DNA of 64,000 nucleotides from NCBI GenBank assembly GCA_963833575.1, contig CAWHXY010000007.1:512001-576000 (forward strand), read 5' to 3'. Shown piece by piece: positions 40,341 to 50,261 of this stretch. The translations under genes and the position numbers were made by a program. How positions within the stretch are numbered: position 1 is the stretch's first letter; each line of letters starts with the position of its first letter. The notes beneath the pieces were generated by a model that had not been told where the DNA came from, made no database searches, and saw only the letters and a program-made list of their open reading frames with translations. This DNA is from Candidatus Bathyarchaeota archaeon. Its GTDB lineage: Archaea; Thermoproteota; Bathyarchaeia; Bathyarchaeales; Bathycorpusculaceae.

Positions 40341-41114
40341 TCAAACCGGTTTTTTCTTACCTTTGTTTCTCATTGCTCTGATACCAATGACAATAGTCTT
40401 GGCTTTTCCAGTCAGCCCTCCTCTAAAGCTGGCGTTAACCATTTCCCTATAGTCGTTTTTAGATATTGGTACGTCACTGATAGTTTGCATTGTTTCAGGA
40501 GATATAGTTCCATTAACCAACTCAGCACCAGCTTTTCTAATCGCGTCAATATTGTCATCAAGCAAATGCGGAACGTTTGCTGCCCCGGCAGACGGGATTA
40601 GAACTTCGCCAGCCCAGGTTAATCCCATATGCATCATAATCTTCTCAAAATGTTGACTCATTAAGGCGAAATTCTCCATGTCTGGAAAACCGCAAGTCGA
40701 AACTAAGACCCCTTTTGCCTTAGGTGCATACCGCTGAGGGTGATTAGTTATCCCATTATCCATTAGAATCTGAGAGGATTCCAAGTTTACAAAGAACCTA
40801 TCAATTATGTTTTTTACGGTGGCAGGAAAACCAAAAACGTACACGGGAGCTGCGATGATAAAGTAGTCACATTTTTTGTAAACGTCGTATATTAATTGAA
40901 AATCGTCTTTCTGGACACATTGACCTTTGTTTTTTCTTTGCCAGCAGCTCCAACAGCTTGTACAGGGTCCAATTTTCATTTTATGCGGATAAAACTTGTG
41001 AATTTCCACTTCACCCATTCCTTCAAGCAAGCGGTCTAACATTTTTTCAGTGAAAGAGGGGCTTCTGAGAGAACCCGATATAGCCAAAACTGTTGGGATC
41101 TTTTTGACAGACAT
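40341..41114 (-). CDS. NADPH-dependent FMN reductase / iron-sulfur flavoprotein
   Basis: ISGSLR, CTSCWSC...C, APVY...K..IDR. Confidence 0.88.
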   Translation of the reverse strand: MSVKKIPTVLAISGSLRSPSFTEKMLDRLLEGMGEVEIHKFYPHKMKIGPCTSCWSCWQRKNKGQCVQKDDFQLIYDVYKKCDYFIIAAPVYVFGFPATVKNIIDRFFVNLESSQILMDNGITNHPQRYAPKAKGVLVSTCGFPDMENFALMSQHFEKIMMHMGLTWAGEVLIPSAGAANVPHLLDDNIDAIRKAGAELVNGTISPETMQTISDVPISKNDYREMVNASFRGGLTGKAKTIVIGIRAMRNKGKKKPV

Positions 41115-41277
41115 TGTTCGTGACTTCCAAGTAAGTCAACTTATTTCCACTTTTTAAGTTTCCTTTTATTACCTTATTATGATCAAAACTACGCGTCCTT
41201 TTCATTCAAGGCTCAGCATACTTAATGTGCAATTTCAGGAAAACTATTGAGAACAATTGTGGGGTGTACATTAAAAC

Positions 41278-41427
41278 TTAAACCAACCAACTTTACTCCA
41301 CTCAGTACCACGAAAAATGGCTTATTCAGCAGTAGACCGACTCACCAGATACATAGAAACCATTTATCAGTGTAGAAAAGAGGAAAATAAAAATCATCAC
41401 ATGGGCATATTCGGAATCGAATATACG
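41278..41427 (+). repeat. Dispersed repeat (A box ... B box) upstream of blc
   Basis: TTAAACCAACCAACT ... TATTCAGCAG ... GGGCATATTCGGAATCGAATATACG. Confidence 0.65.
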
Positions 41428-41540
41428 ACTCTAACAAAAGTAGACGTTCCAAGAATACGCACTAAGAACAAAGAACAAGTTCTGTTTAGCCCCAGCTACC
41501 CCAAAAGCCTTAAGCTAATGCCACGCTTTGGAGTTATAGC

Positions 41541-41999
41541 GTGATTCATTTGTCTCTTGAAGTTGTACCGCATGTTGAGCTGGAAAAATATTTAGGCAAA
41601 TGGTATGAGATAGCACACCTTCCCGCAAAATTTGAAGAAGGCTGTAATGAAACCACTGCCACCTACACATTATTAAAAGATGGCAGCATATCCGTGCTCA
41701 ACCAATCTATAAAAAACGGCAAGATAAAACAGGCAAAAGGCAAGGCAAAAGTAGTTGATAAGAACTCTAATGCAAAACTCAAAGTAACGTTCTTCTGGCC
41801 GTTTTATGGTGATTATTGGATCATTAAATTGGGGAATGATTACGATTACTCTGTTGTAGGTACACCAAACCGCAAATATCTTTGGATATTGAACAGAACC
41901 CCACAAATGAATGACAAGCTATACTCACAATTAATAGAATACGCAAAGTCAAAAGGCTTCGAAGTAAACAAGCTCATCAAAACTCTTCAAAAAGCATAA
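41541..41999 (+). CDS. blc: Bacterial-type lipocalin (Blc) without lipoprotein signal
   Basis: YLGKWYEIA, KLKVTFFWPFYGDYWII, YLWIL.R. Confidence 0.92.
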   Translation: MIHLSLEVVPHVELEKYLGKWYEIAHLPAKFEEGCNETTATYTLLKDGSISVLNQSIKNGKIKQAKGKAKVVDKNSNAKLKVTFFWPFYGDYWIIKLGNDYDYSVVGTPNRKYLWILNRTPQMNDKLYSQLIEYAKSKGFEVNKLIKTLQKA

Positions 42000-42045
42000 T
42001 GCAAATACGTCTAAAAATAATACCCCAGAAATGTTGAATTAAATT

Positions 42046-42166
42046 TTGATCCCACCAACCCAACCAACTACTTTTACCTCAGCGGTTTAAGGCATAAGCG
42101 GGAGACACGGTTCAGTAAATACTCAGCAGATTAACCATATAGGGTATAGTCGGAATCGAGTATACG
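42046..42166 (+). repeat. Dispersed repeat (A box ... B box) downstream of blc
   Basis: TTGATCCCACCAACCCAACCAACT ... TACTCAGCAG ... GGGTATAGTCGGAATCGAGTATACG; ATACTC/GAGTAT hairpin. Confidence 0.65.
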
Positions 42167-42238
42167 CCATTTTTTGCTAATCCTGAATTGATTCTTAATT
42201 CATAATCCTTATTTGAGAATCTTCCAAACATATGAAAT

Positions 42239-42595
42239 ATGAAAAAGCTTTCGAAGTCTTTATTCATGAACGTGCCTGTAGAATCCTGTTATGACATAAT
42301 AAGGACAACTGACCCTTCTCGGTACGTAAGCGATTTAGTTAGTTTTTGGTCACTAGGTTTTAGCAAGGAAATTCCAAATGCTCTGTTGGTTTTTGAATGC
42401 AGAGACAATCAAGGGCGATATGTTATTACTGAGATTTCATTTCTTAAAACAACTGATTCCTCGTGCGAACTCACATTAAATTTCTCTTATGACCATATGG
42501 ATGGAAGATATTCGGGGTTAATTCTTACTCAAATAATTAATGGGTACACACTATTAGACCATGCATACAACATTGGAAAATCTACGAAAGGATGA
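42239..42595 (+). CDS. Hypothetical protein (SRPBCC-like pattern)
   Basis: S...NVPVE..YD N-terminus. Confidence 0.55.
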   Translation: MKKLSKSLFMNVPVESCYDIIRTTDPSRYVSDLVSFWSLGFSKEIPNALLVFECRDNQGRYVITEISFLKTTDSSCELTLNFSYDHMDGRYSGLILTQIINGYTLLDHAYNIGKSTKG

Positions 42596-42698
42596 AGAAG
42601 TTTTAATCCACCACCTCATCGTGGCTCAATTACTGATTACTAATTCCTAAAGCAGAAATAGCGTTAAATCAATTCGTCAATAGAACTAGGCGAACTGC

Positions 42699-43082
42699 TT
42701 GAGTGATGTAAAGAAACGTGGAAAGCAAATAATCCATTGTGAAGTGCAAGACGGAAAAGACTGCCCTCACCAAAATCGCCTTGTCTACGACGAGGCTTTC
42801 TATAAAGAAGTTAACGGAGATTGCTTTGATTATGAAAATGAAATGGGAAAGCAAATTTTGTTACATTTGCAAGATCTTACAAAGAGAGTTTATCGCAAAT
42901 GTCCAAATTGTGGGTCATTAATTCCAGAGATTGAGTTACACACTGAAGACAGGATATTCACTCTGACTTGCACGAAAATAGCGAATAGGAAAGGGAAAGT
43001 GATAGCTGAAACTGAATACGAACAGTTGAAAAAATATTTGCATAGCCATAACAAAAATCTACGCACTAAGAAAACAAACTGA
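42699..43082 (+). CDS. Hypothetical Cys-containing protein
   Basis: CPH, CPNCG. Confidence 0.55.
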   Translation: MSDVKKRGKQIIHCEVQDGKDCPHQNRLVYDEAFYKEVNGDCFDYENEMGKQILLHLQDLTKRVYRKCPNCGSLIPEIELHTEDRIFTLTCTKIANRKGKVIAETEYEQLKKYLHSHNKNLRTKKTN

Positions 43083-43230
43083 TGCAATTGTAATACAGTG
43101 ATAGTATAGTATTAATCGAGTGTACGCGAGGCTCAAGAGAACAAAAAAGAAAAATGAATGCAATAGGTCAGTTTCGCTAAGTAAACCTTATATTTTAGTA
43201 TTGAGTATTACGATATAATAGGTAATACGT

Positions 43231-44028
43231 ACGGGTAGGAAAAAAAGCATTTCTCTAATTGCAATTATAATCTTAGTGGTAAGCATTGGAGTTGTCTCAG
43301 CTGATCAAGCAGGCTTCATTACAATTAACATATTTAACAGTCCAGGACAAGTAGACGTTAACGCTTCAAATAGCACAATAACTCAGAATGTAACACTTAG
43401 TAACTCAACATTAAACCTAAATGTCAACGGTCAAAACATAACAATAAGCACACAACCGACTCCAACGCCCACATCAACACCTTCACCCACACCGCTTCCA
43501 GATGTTAAAGTGTCAATTCCCATTGGCACCTCTCCTACGTATTTTGCTCAAAATTACAATTCGACTTTGTATGATAATAATGGAGATGCGTATGCTGCTT
43601 TCTTTTACAGTTACTACCTTAATGATACAAGCATAAGCCAAGCGAGTTACTTCGCCAATTTCGCGGTTTCAGGGGAGGATTTTCAGTCGGCTAATCAGAC
43701 GGCTTCTGGTGTAGCAACAGTTGACGGAAAGGTTGTGCCCAGTTGGCACGTTTTAAATACGCAACTACTCTATGATAGATTCCGAAACGTCATTGAATAT
43801 AACGACGGCAATATTAATGGAGCAACCTCCACAAATAATACGCTTCTATCCACCCAAATAACAAATCAAATAGGCAAAGTCATTTCTATTGCTGAGGGTA
43901 TAACGATCCCTGGCAACTACTTCGTAATTACTTTGGATTTTCCAACACAATTGACACCTGACCAGCAACTTGTTCTTAACCAGATCATAAACGGTTACGT
44001 TATCTTAGAGCTTGGACTACCAGGATAA
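43231..44028 (+). CDS. Secreted Asn/Thr-rich protein
   Basis: Signal peptide GRKKSISLIAIIILVV extends upstream of the GTG at 43276; PT linker. Confidence 0.7.
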   Translation, partial: TGRKKSISLIAIIILVVSIGVVSADQAGFITINIFNSPGQVDVNASNSTITQNVTLSNSTLNLNVNGQNITISTQPTPTPTSTPSPTPLPDVKVSIPIGTSPTYFAQNYNSTLYDNNGDAYAAFFYSYYLNDTSISQASYFANFAVSGEDFQSANQTASGVATVDGKVVPSWHVLNTQLLYDRFRNVIEYNDGNINGATSTNNTLLSTQITNQIGKVISIAEGITIPGNYFVITLDFPTQLTPDQQLVLNQIINGYVILELGLPG

Positions 44029-44351
44029 TTGTTCAACTTGTTTTTTAATTAAAACTTAAAGCAAAAAAATTGAGTAAAGGCAGGCTTTATGAAGAATTAA
44101 TTCCAATTGAACAATTATCCTATAAAGGGTATATTACTCCTGAACTTGTAAATGCTAAAATAAAACAAATTTTAGATTAAGTTAAAAAAGAAATGTCGCC
44201 TTTCGTCGAAAAATGGGTCAATAAAGAAAACGAGTCTGATTGGAAAGCAACCTGTGAAGCTATGGACAAAAGAAATATGGCGAGAGAAAATTGGTTTATT
44301 AAATGGTTTGGTGAATAAAAGTCAATAAAAAAAAGAAAACTGTTTTTTTTA

Positions 44352-44552
44352 TTATTGGCCATGGTGCATCATACCCATGCCCATACCGCCTCCTTCTTTG
44401 CGTTTTGCCATCATGCCTTCTCGCCAATTCTGAATAAGTCCTGGTATTACATTGCTCATCATTTCCGTGTCCATTTTGATTAACTCCATTGCTGCCTGGT
44501 TGATTTCAAGCTCAAAAGTTAATTTTACTTTACCGTTCTTTTCTGCTTCCAT
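44352..44552 (-). CDS. Small Met/Gly-rich protein
   Basis: GGAGGT RBS; 66 aa. Confidence 0.65.
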   Translation of the reverse strand: MEAEKNGKVKLTFELEINQAAMELIKMDTEMMSNVIPGLIQNWREGMMAKRKEGGGMGMGMMHHGQ

Positions 44553-44774
44553 AAATCCACCTCCTCAAAATCAAAGTTGAAAACTGGCTTCAGTTATTTA
44601 ATTGGTTAACGATTGAATGTTTTAAAGTTAAGTGGCTGTGTCGATACAACAACAAAAGGTTTTATGAAAAATGACGGTTTTTCAGTAGATTGGAAAATTG
44701 GCAATGATCAAATTTTACAAATCTGCCTGAAATTTATCGAAGAATTTTTTAGCATTTGAATTACCAAAAAACAA

Positions 44775-45407
44775 TTAGTCAATTAGGAGTAGAGCGAAAG
44801 TTTCAGGGTTTTTAATGAAAGGTAAAGTGAATTTTATTCCGGCTTTTTCTGCTGTAGCTTTAACGTTTACGCCGACACCTTCTTCAGAATAACGCTTTGC
44901 CATTGGATGAATGCAGAGTCCTTTTTCCACATTACATTTTTCGCATAATGTGCATGATCCTGAGACCAGACCCGTTGCGAGAAGGTAGCCTTTTGCAGCT
45001 GCTATTTTTTCGAGCTGAATCACGGTTTCACGGAGTTTTTGAGCGTCAATTTTCCAGGCTGACCAAAAATTGTCAACTTTGGATTTTATCTCTTTAGGAA
45101 TAGTTGGGTCTTCAGTTTTTGCGAGGTATTTTATAAGTTCTGGTTCTGCTTGGGCTTGAGATTCAAATTTCATGAAGAGAGCGTAATGGTATTCGCTGAC
45201 GATTTTTCTAAATTTCTCAGGTGTAGGTGCGTAAGGTGGGCAAGCTAATGTTTTTCCATATTTTTCGCAGCCTAGTTGACATTTGAAAACAACACGCTCT
45301 TCGATAACAATTTTTTCCACAGGAATTATCTTTGCATCTGCTGCTCCCAATTCTAAAGCGTGTTTTCGAAGAAAATCAAAAGAACTCAACTCATTATTTT
45401 GTGTCAT
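44775..45407 (-). CDS. DUF2284 metal-binding protein
   Basis: KC..GC..YG....CPP, GSC.LC..C, E..G.NV. Confidence 0.85.
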   Translation of the reverse strand: MTQNNELSSFDFLRKHALELGAADAKIIPVEKIVIEERVVFKCQLGCEKYGKTLACPPYAPTPEKFRKIVSEYHYALFMKFESQAQAEPELIKYLAKTEDPTIPKEIKSKVDNFWSAWKIDAQKLRETVIQLEKIAAAKGYLLATGLVSGSCTLCEKCNVEKGLCIHPMAKRYSEEGVGVNVKATAEKAGIKFTLPFIKNPETFALLLID

Positions 45408-45419
45408 AAAATTCAGGCT

Positions 45420-46529
45420 TCAAGTGGTTTTTGTTTTTGATTTTTTTGGTTGGTAGACGCATGCTGGGTCTTGATTTAATGGGTCTTTTGAATAGATGAA
45501 TGCTCGAGCTCGGCAGCCGCCACAGATAGGTTTGAATTCGCAGACGCCGCATTTTCCTTTTAATTTGGTACGGTCTGCAAGTATCTTGATTTTTTCAGAT
45601 GTGCGCATTCGATCTGTGATTTGTTCAATACTGTCTGTTTTAATGTCACCGAACTCCAGGTTGAGGGGGGCGCAGGCGTAGGCTTTGCCATCTTCCAGAA
45701 TCTCGAGCCACTCATTTTTTACAAGGTTGTCACACATGCTGCAGGTGCTTCGCAGTAGCCGTTCAGGCTCTTTTGTTTTTAAAATTCGGTTATTGAACAT
45801 TTCATAGGGAACAATTAGAATTTTGTCTTTTACTTTTTTGTTCATTTCGTAGACTTCTTTAAGTTGTTTTTCTTTTTGCTGTGGCGTTGGTTCTAGTGGA
45901 CCTAGTAGTTTGAGTTGGTTTTCAACGTCTATGGGTTGGGGAATTAGGGAAGCTAAATGGAAACCGCGTGCTCCTAACTCAATTGCGAGTTCGATTAAAG
46001 CGGGAACTTCGTCAATAACGTATTTTGTGTTGATTACGCTGATGGCAAATTGAATACCGAATTTTTTGCATAGCTTTGCGGCATTTATGCTGTCCTCAAA
46101 GGCAGCTTCACCTCGCAGTTTAGCATCGGTTTCTTTGAGCCCTGAGAGGCAGACAATAGCTTTGCAATTGGCGGCGGCAAGTTCTTTTGCGACCTTTCGA
46201 TCAAAGTGCCAACCAGTAACTTTCACGTAAGGAGACAGACCTAATTCGGCAGCATAACGAATGAGCTCTATGAAGTCTTTTCGCATTAATGGCTCGCCAG
46301 TCCAGCCTGCACCGGTAATGAATAGGTTGTCTACTCCGAAATCTGCGGCTTTCTTAAGCATCGACTTTGCTTCAGCGGTGGTTAGTTCATTTGGAAGAGG
46401 TTTTCCATCTGAAAGACAAAATGCGTGTTTAACTGGATAGGCTCTGGTGCATGACCAAATAAAATGGTCTAATTTTCTGCCATGTTTTTCGGCGCCAAAA
46501 ATTAATTTAGATTCTGACTGCGAAGACAT
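45420..46529 (-). CDS. Radical SAM/SPASM-like protein with degenerate CxxxCxxC
   Basis: ELTT.EA, GEPLMR.D and SPASM CGVC..ICGGCRARA...DP.C, but WSCTRAYPVKHAFC. Confidence 0.8.
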   Translation of the reverse strand: MSSQSESKLIFGAEKHGRKLDHFIWSCTRAYPVKHAFCLSDGKPLPNELTTAEAKSMLKKAADFGVDNLFITGAGWTGEPLMRKDFIELIRYAAELGLSPYVKVTGWHFDRKVAKELAAANCKAIVCLSGLKETDAKLRGEAAFEDSINAAKLCKKFGIQFAISVINTKYVIDEVPALIELAIELGARGFHLASLIPQPIDVENQLKLLGPLEPTPQQKEKQLKEVYEMNKKVKDKILIVPYEMFNNRILKTKEPERLLRSTCSMCDNLVKNEWLEILEDGKAYACAPLNLEFGDIKTDSIEQITDRMRTSEKIKILADRTKLKGKCGVCEFKPICGGCRARAFIYSKDPLNQDPACVYQPKKSKTKTT

Positions 46530-47885
46530 TTAGTTTGCTCCCTTTCCAAGAGAATGTTGAGTGATTTCTTTTGTGATGTTTTTGGTGTGACCTGGAATCT
46601 CCATTTTTCCGCTTTTGTTAGGTTTCATCAAATCGTGAGTTGCGTTAACTAGTGTAGGAAGTTCAGACGGAGATTTGATGAATATAGCACCTTGTTTTCT
46701 CATCTCCTCCATCAGAGCTGTTGCTTTGCCAGCGGTAAAATCTCGACTTTCTAGGGGCACTTCATCGATGACGTAAGTTCGGATCCCCATTTTTACGGCC
46801 TCAAGTGCCGATTCCAAATTTGAGAGATTGCCGTACCCAAACGGAACAGAAGAGACAACAACAATAGCAGCTTTACTTATCATTTTTAGATTCGCATGTT
46901 TTGTCTCCTCAGTTATCGGCGAAAAAGGTGCCTCATTCACGTTAGGAATCTTGAGAAGCTCGGCGGTCTCATAGTCGGTGTCTAACATGTTAAGTACACC
47001 AGCTGTCACTTCATAGCCTTCGTCGACCAATGCCTTCATTACGACAGTTCCCGTTCCTGCTCCACAGATGACGTGGATCGAACAGTTACGCGGTTTTGAA
47101 GGTTTGTCAGGTGACAACGGAATAATATAGAGTGAATTCGTGACCAAGCTTTTTTTGACTAAGGCATCAACTTGGAATACGCTTTTTATGTTCTGGCTTG
47201 TCAACACTTCATCTAAAGTTCCTGCTGCAAAGACCGTTTTTCCCTTAAGCAATAGAGCTGAGCTACAGTAGCGTGCAGCCAAATTCAAGTCATGGATAAC
47301 CGCTAAAACGATCATGTGTTCTTTCAGGCACAGTTCCTTGACTAAGTCCATGATTTCTAACTGATTGACCATGTCCAAATGTGTCAATGGCTCATCGAGC
47401 AAGAGCACTTGAGGTTCTTGAGCTAAGGCACGAGCAATGACCACCCGTTGTTTTTCTCCACCGCTTAATTCATTTATAGGCCTGTTTGCGAGCTGCCAAG
47501 TGTTAGTCCGTTCCATTGCTTTCTTAACGATAGCCAGATCCTTTTCGGATTCCATCTGGAACCGATTCATATGCGGATTGCGACCCATTAAAACAATATC
47601 TAAAGCTGTAAAACTGAAGCCTATTGTGCTTTCCTGAGGAACAACAGCCATGTGTTTAGCGAGGTCGACACTTTTTATGTTGTAAATATCCTTCTTATCT
47701 AAAAGTATAGTTCCTTTGTAGGGTTTTAACGTTCGACTAATGCTTTTAAGCAAAGTCGTTTTTCCTGAACCGTTAGGGCCAAGGATGCCAACGAAGTCGC
47801 CCTCTTTAACTTGTAGGCTGACGCTATCCAAAATAGTTACTGAACCATAGCGGCACTCAATTCCATCCACGCTAAGTAACACCAA
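46530..47885 (-). CDS. btuD: Cobalamin/iron-chelate ABC transporter ATPase with C-terminal extension
   Basis: GPNGSGKT, LSGGE, LLLDEP, HDLN; HVICGAGTG domain. Confidence 0.88.
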   Translation of the reverse strand: MVLLSVDGIECRYGSVTILDSVSLQVKEGDFVGILGPNGSGKTTLLKSISRTLKPYKGTILLDKKDIYNIKSVDLAKHMAVVPQESTIGFSFTALDIVLMGRNPHMNRFQMESEKDLAIVKKAMERTNTWQLANRPINELSGGEKQRVVIARALAQEPQVLLLDEPLTHLDMVNQLEIMDLVKELCLKEHMIVLAVIHDLNLAARYCSSALLLKGKTVFAAGTLDEVLTSQNIKSVFQVDALVKKSLVTNSLYIIPLSPDKPSKPRNCSIHVICGAGTGTVVMKALVDEGYEVTAGVLNMLDTDYETAELLKIPNVNEAPFSPITEETKHANLKMISKAAIVVVSSVPFGYGNLSNLESALEAVKMGIRTYVIDEVPLESRDFTAGKATALMEEMRKQGAIFIKSPSELPTLVNATHDLMKPNKSGKMEIPGHTKNITKEITQHSLGKGAN

Positions 47886-47902
47886 AGTCCACCCAACCCT
47901 CC

Positions 47903-48991
47903 TTACAGTGAATAGCTTGTCTTTCTTTTCCTTAGCAAGTAGATAAAGAATGGGGTTCCAGCTAAAGCAGTTATGACGCCAACTGGCAACTCTGAAGCTC
48001 CTGTTGCAACTCGGGCTAAAGAATCACAGAGAATCAGGAATATGGCTCCCACAATTGCTGAAGTAGGCAGTAGAATTCGATGGTCAGGTCCGATTACGAG
48101 CCGTGTCATATGCGGAATGATTAGTCCAACGAATCCTATGACTCCGCTTATCGAAACTGCCGCCGCAGTTATTAAAGAACTTACAAGCAGAAGTATTTGG
48201 CGCACTCTCTCCGTGTTTACGCCTAAATGTTGGGCTGTGTCATCTCCCATCGCAAGCATGTTAAGATCTTTAGTGAAGAAATACGCTATGAAAATTCCTA
48301 CAAAAACAAATGGAAAAACCGCGTAAATATCTATCCAAGTGATGTTTGTAAATCCACCAGCTATCCACGCTACAATGCCTATTAGCGCTTTTCCAGATCG
48401 CAGTTCAAAAACTGTCTGAACAGCTAAAATAAATATATTTACAACAATACCAGAAAGAAGCAAGGTAGTTACCGGCACTTTGTTTCCAACTCGCGACATA
48501 AAATAAACCAGAAAGACCGTCAAGACGGCTCCAACAAAAGCGACAGCCTGAAACAGCCCCAGCCCCCAAACAGAGAGAGCAAGAGAACCAGAATATATAA
48601 CAGCCAAAGTATATCCCAAAGAAGCCCCGGCTGAAGCCCCTAAAAGATAAGAGTCAGCCATTGGATTTCTGAAGACGCCTTGATACATGACTCCGGCAGC
48701 AGCTAATCCAGCACCAACCAAGGCACCTGCTATTATTCGAGGAAGCCGAATTTGAAGAATTATGGTATCGTAATTATGCTTAAGAACGACTGCTGAGTAT
48801 TTTATGGACCCCCCAAGAAAAGGAATCTGCTTACCAAGTATGGTTAATATATCAGAAAAATTGATGGGGGCGTACCCTATGTTGAGGCAAAAAAAAGCGA
48901 CACCGAAGAATGCAAGAATTAGCAATAATAAGATTAGTTTCCATCTTGAGGAACGTTTTGAATATTTGAATTCTGCATTATCCGCAGTCAT
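47903..48991 (-). CDS. btuC: Cobalamin/iron-chelate ABC permease (FecCD)
   Basis: IRLPR, FRNPMAD, GVIGFVGLIIPH. Confidence 0.9.
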   Translation of the reverse strand: MTADNAEFKYSKRSSRWKLILLLLILAFFGVAFFCLNIGYAPINFSDILTILGKQIPFLGGSIKYSAVVLKHNYDTIILQIRLPRIIAGALVGAGLAAAGVMYQGVFRNPMADSYLLGASAGASLGYTLAVIYSGSLALSVWGLGLFQAVAFVGAVLTVFLVYFMSRVGNKVPVTTLLLSGIVVNIFILAVQTVFELRSGKALIGIVAWIAGGFTNITWIDIYAVFPFVFVGIFIAYFFTKDLNMLAMGDDTAQHLGVNTERVRQILLLVSSLITAAAVSISGVIGFVGLIIPHMTRLVIGPDHRILLPTSAIVGAIFLILCDSLARVATGASELPVGVITALAGTPFFIYLLRKRKTSYSL

Positions 48992-49009
48992 ATCTTAACA
49001 CAAGAAAGG

Positions 49010-49993
49010 TTAAGAGGTTGAATTAAAGAGTGTTGGATAGAATGCTTTTGCGGCTGCTGCGATTTGGTCGCCGATTCTTGGTCCTGCTTCAGCAAAGAGG
49101 TCTCCGTCGACTACGATTATTCGATTGTTTTGCACTGCGCTAATTGAGCTCCAGCCTGGCCTATCTTTTACTTGCTCGACGCTTCCGTAGAATGGTGTGT
49201 CTCCTGGGTTTGCCATGTCTGTAGGTAGCAAAATAACGTCAGGGTTCTTTGCGACAATGGTTTCTGAACTTACGGTGGGGTATTGTTGGGTTTCGTTTTC
49301 GAAAATGTTTTGTCCTCCAGCTTTCTCAATTACATCGTTTATGAATGATGTTGAGCCCGCTGACATTAATGGAGGAGTCCATACTTCATAGTAGACTAGT
49401 GGTTTGGTTAGGTTGGCGGCTGCTATCTTGGCAGTTATGGTACTGATTTGGGTGTTTATGGAGTTGATAAGTGTGGTTGCGTTTTGGTTTGCGCCTGTAG
49501 CTTGGCCTACCATGGTGATGTCTTTGAGTACGCCGTTAACGTCATTGGGATTTAAGACGAGCACTTTTTCGCCTAGGCTTCGCATGGTGACGACGTCTGG
49601 GTCATTTATTGGTGTGGCTAGGATTAAGTCTGGGTTGAGTGAGGCTATGGTTTCTTTGTTTGGGGTTGAGAAGCCTCCGACACTAGTCATGTTGCCGGCG
49701 GCTATCCATGCGGTGAAGTTGTAGGGGTAGTGGTCGTAGTCTGTTACGCCGACGACTTTGTCGCCAACGCCTACAGCGAATAGGATTTGTGTGTTGCTTG
49801 GCGCAAGTGAAATTATTCTCTGGGGAGTTGATGTTATGTTGGTTGCGTAGCCTTCGTCATCTACTACGGTGATGGTTTTTGAAGTGGATGTTTGGTTTGA
49901 TTGCCCGTTATGGTATGCGTAAATAAAAGCTCCTGAAGCAATTGCCAGTATTATTATTACGGTAACAACATAGATGAGGGTTTTATTTGCCAT
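49010..49993 (-). CDS. btuF: Cobalamin-binding ABC substrate-binding protein
   Basis: PQRIISLAPSNT, PDLI, GPR; cbiZ neighbor. Confidence 0.88.
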   Translation of the reverse strand: MANKTLIYVVTVIIILAIASGAFIYAYHNGQSNQTSTSKTITVVDDEGYATNITSTPQRIISLAPSNTQILFAVGVGDKVVGVTDYDHYPYNFTAWIAAGNMTSVGGFSTPNKETIASLNPDLILATPINDPDVVTMRSLGEKVLVLNPNDVNGVLKDITMVGQATGANQNATTLINSINTQISTITAKIAAANLTKPLVYYEVWTPPLMSAGSTSFINDVIEKAGGQNIFENETQQYPTVSSETIVAKNPDVILLPTDMANPGDTPFYGSVEQVKDRPGWSSISAVQNNRIIVVDGDLFAEAGPRIGDQIAAAAKAFYPTLFNSTS

Positions 49994-50261
49994 TTTGAAT
50001 CACTTTATAGAGGGATGGATTATCCAACCTAGTATAATAAACTTTCTAAGCTCGCAGGCAACGTAATCTAACCATTTGAAAAAGAACTTTTTCTTGGAGT
50101 TTGTCTTTAGGCGATTTTTTCATTAAATTTTATTAAGCAACACTGCAAGCTATGCCCAAAACGCAAAGTTCTAAATTCGATTTCGCCATAGTTTGAAACA
50201 CTCTGAACTTAGCTAATGCTTATATTATTTCAAATTCAAAAAATTAGCCGCTGGGAATAAA

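Noticed and set aside
41317-41544. 75-aa ORF upstream of blc
   Set aside because: Overlaps the non-coding A/B repeat and has no recognisable motif
49994-50261. Cobalamin riboswitch upstream of btuF/cbiZ
   Set aside because: No B12-box or GGGAA..GGTG..AATCC consensus seen on either strand
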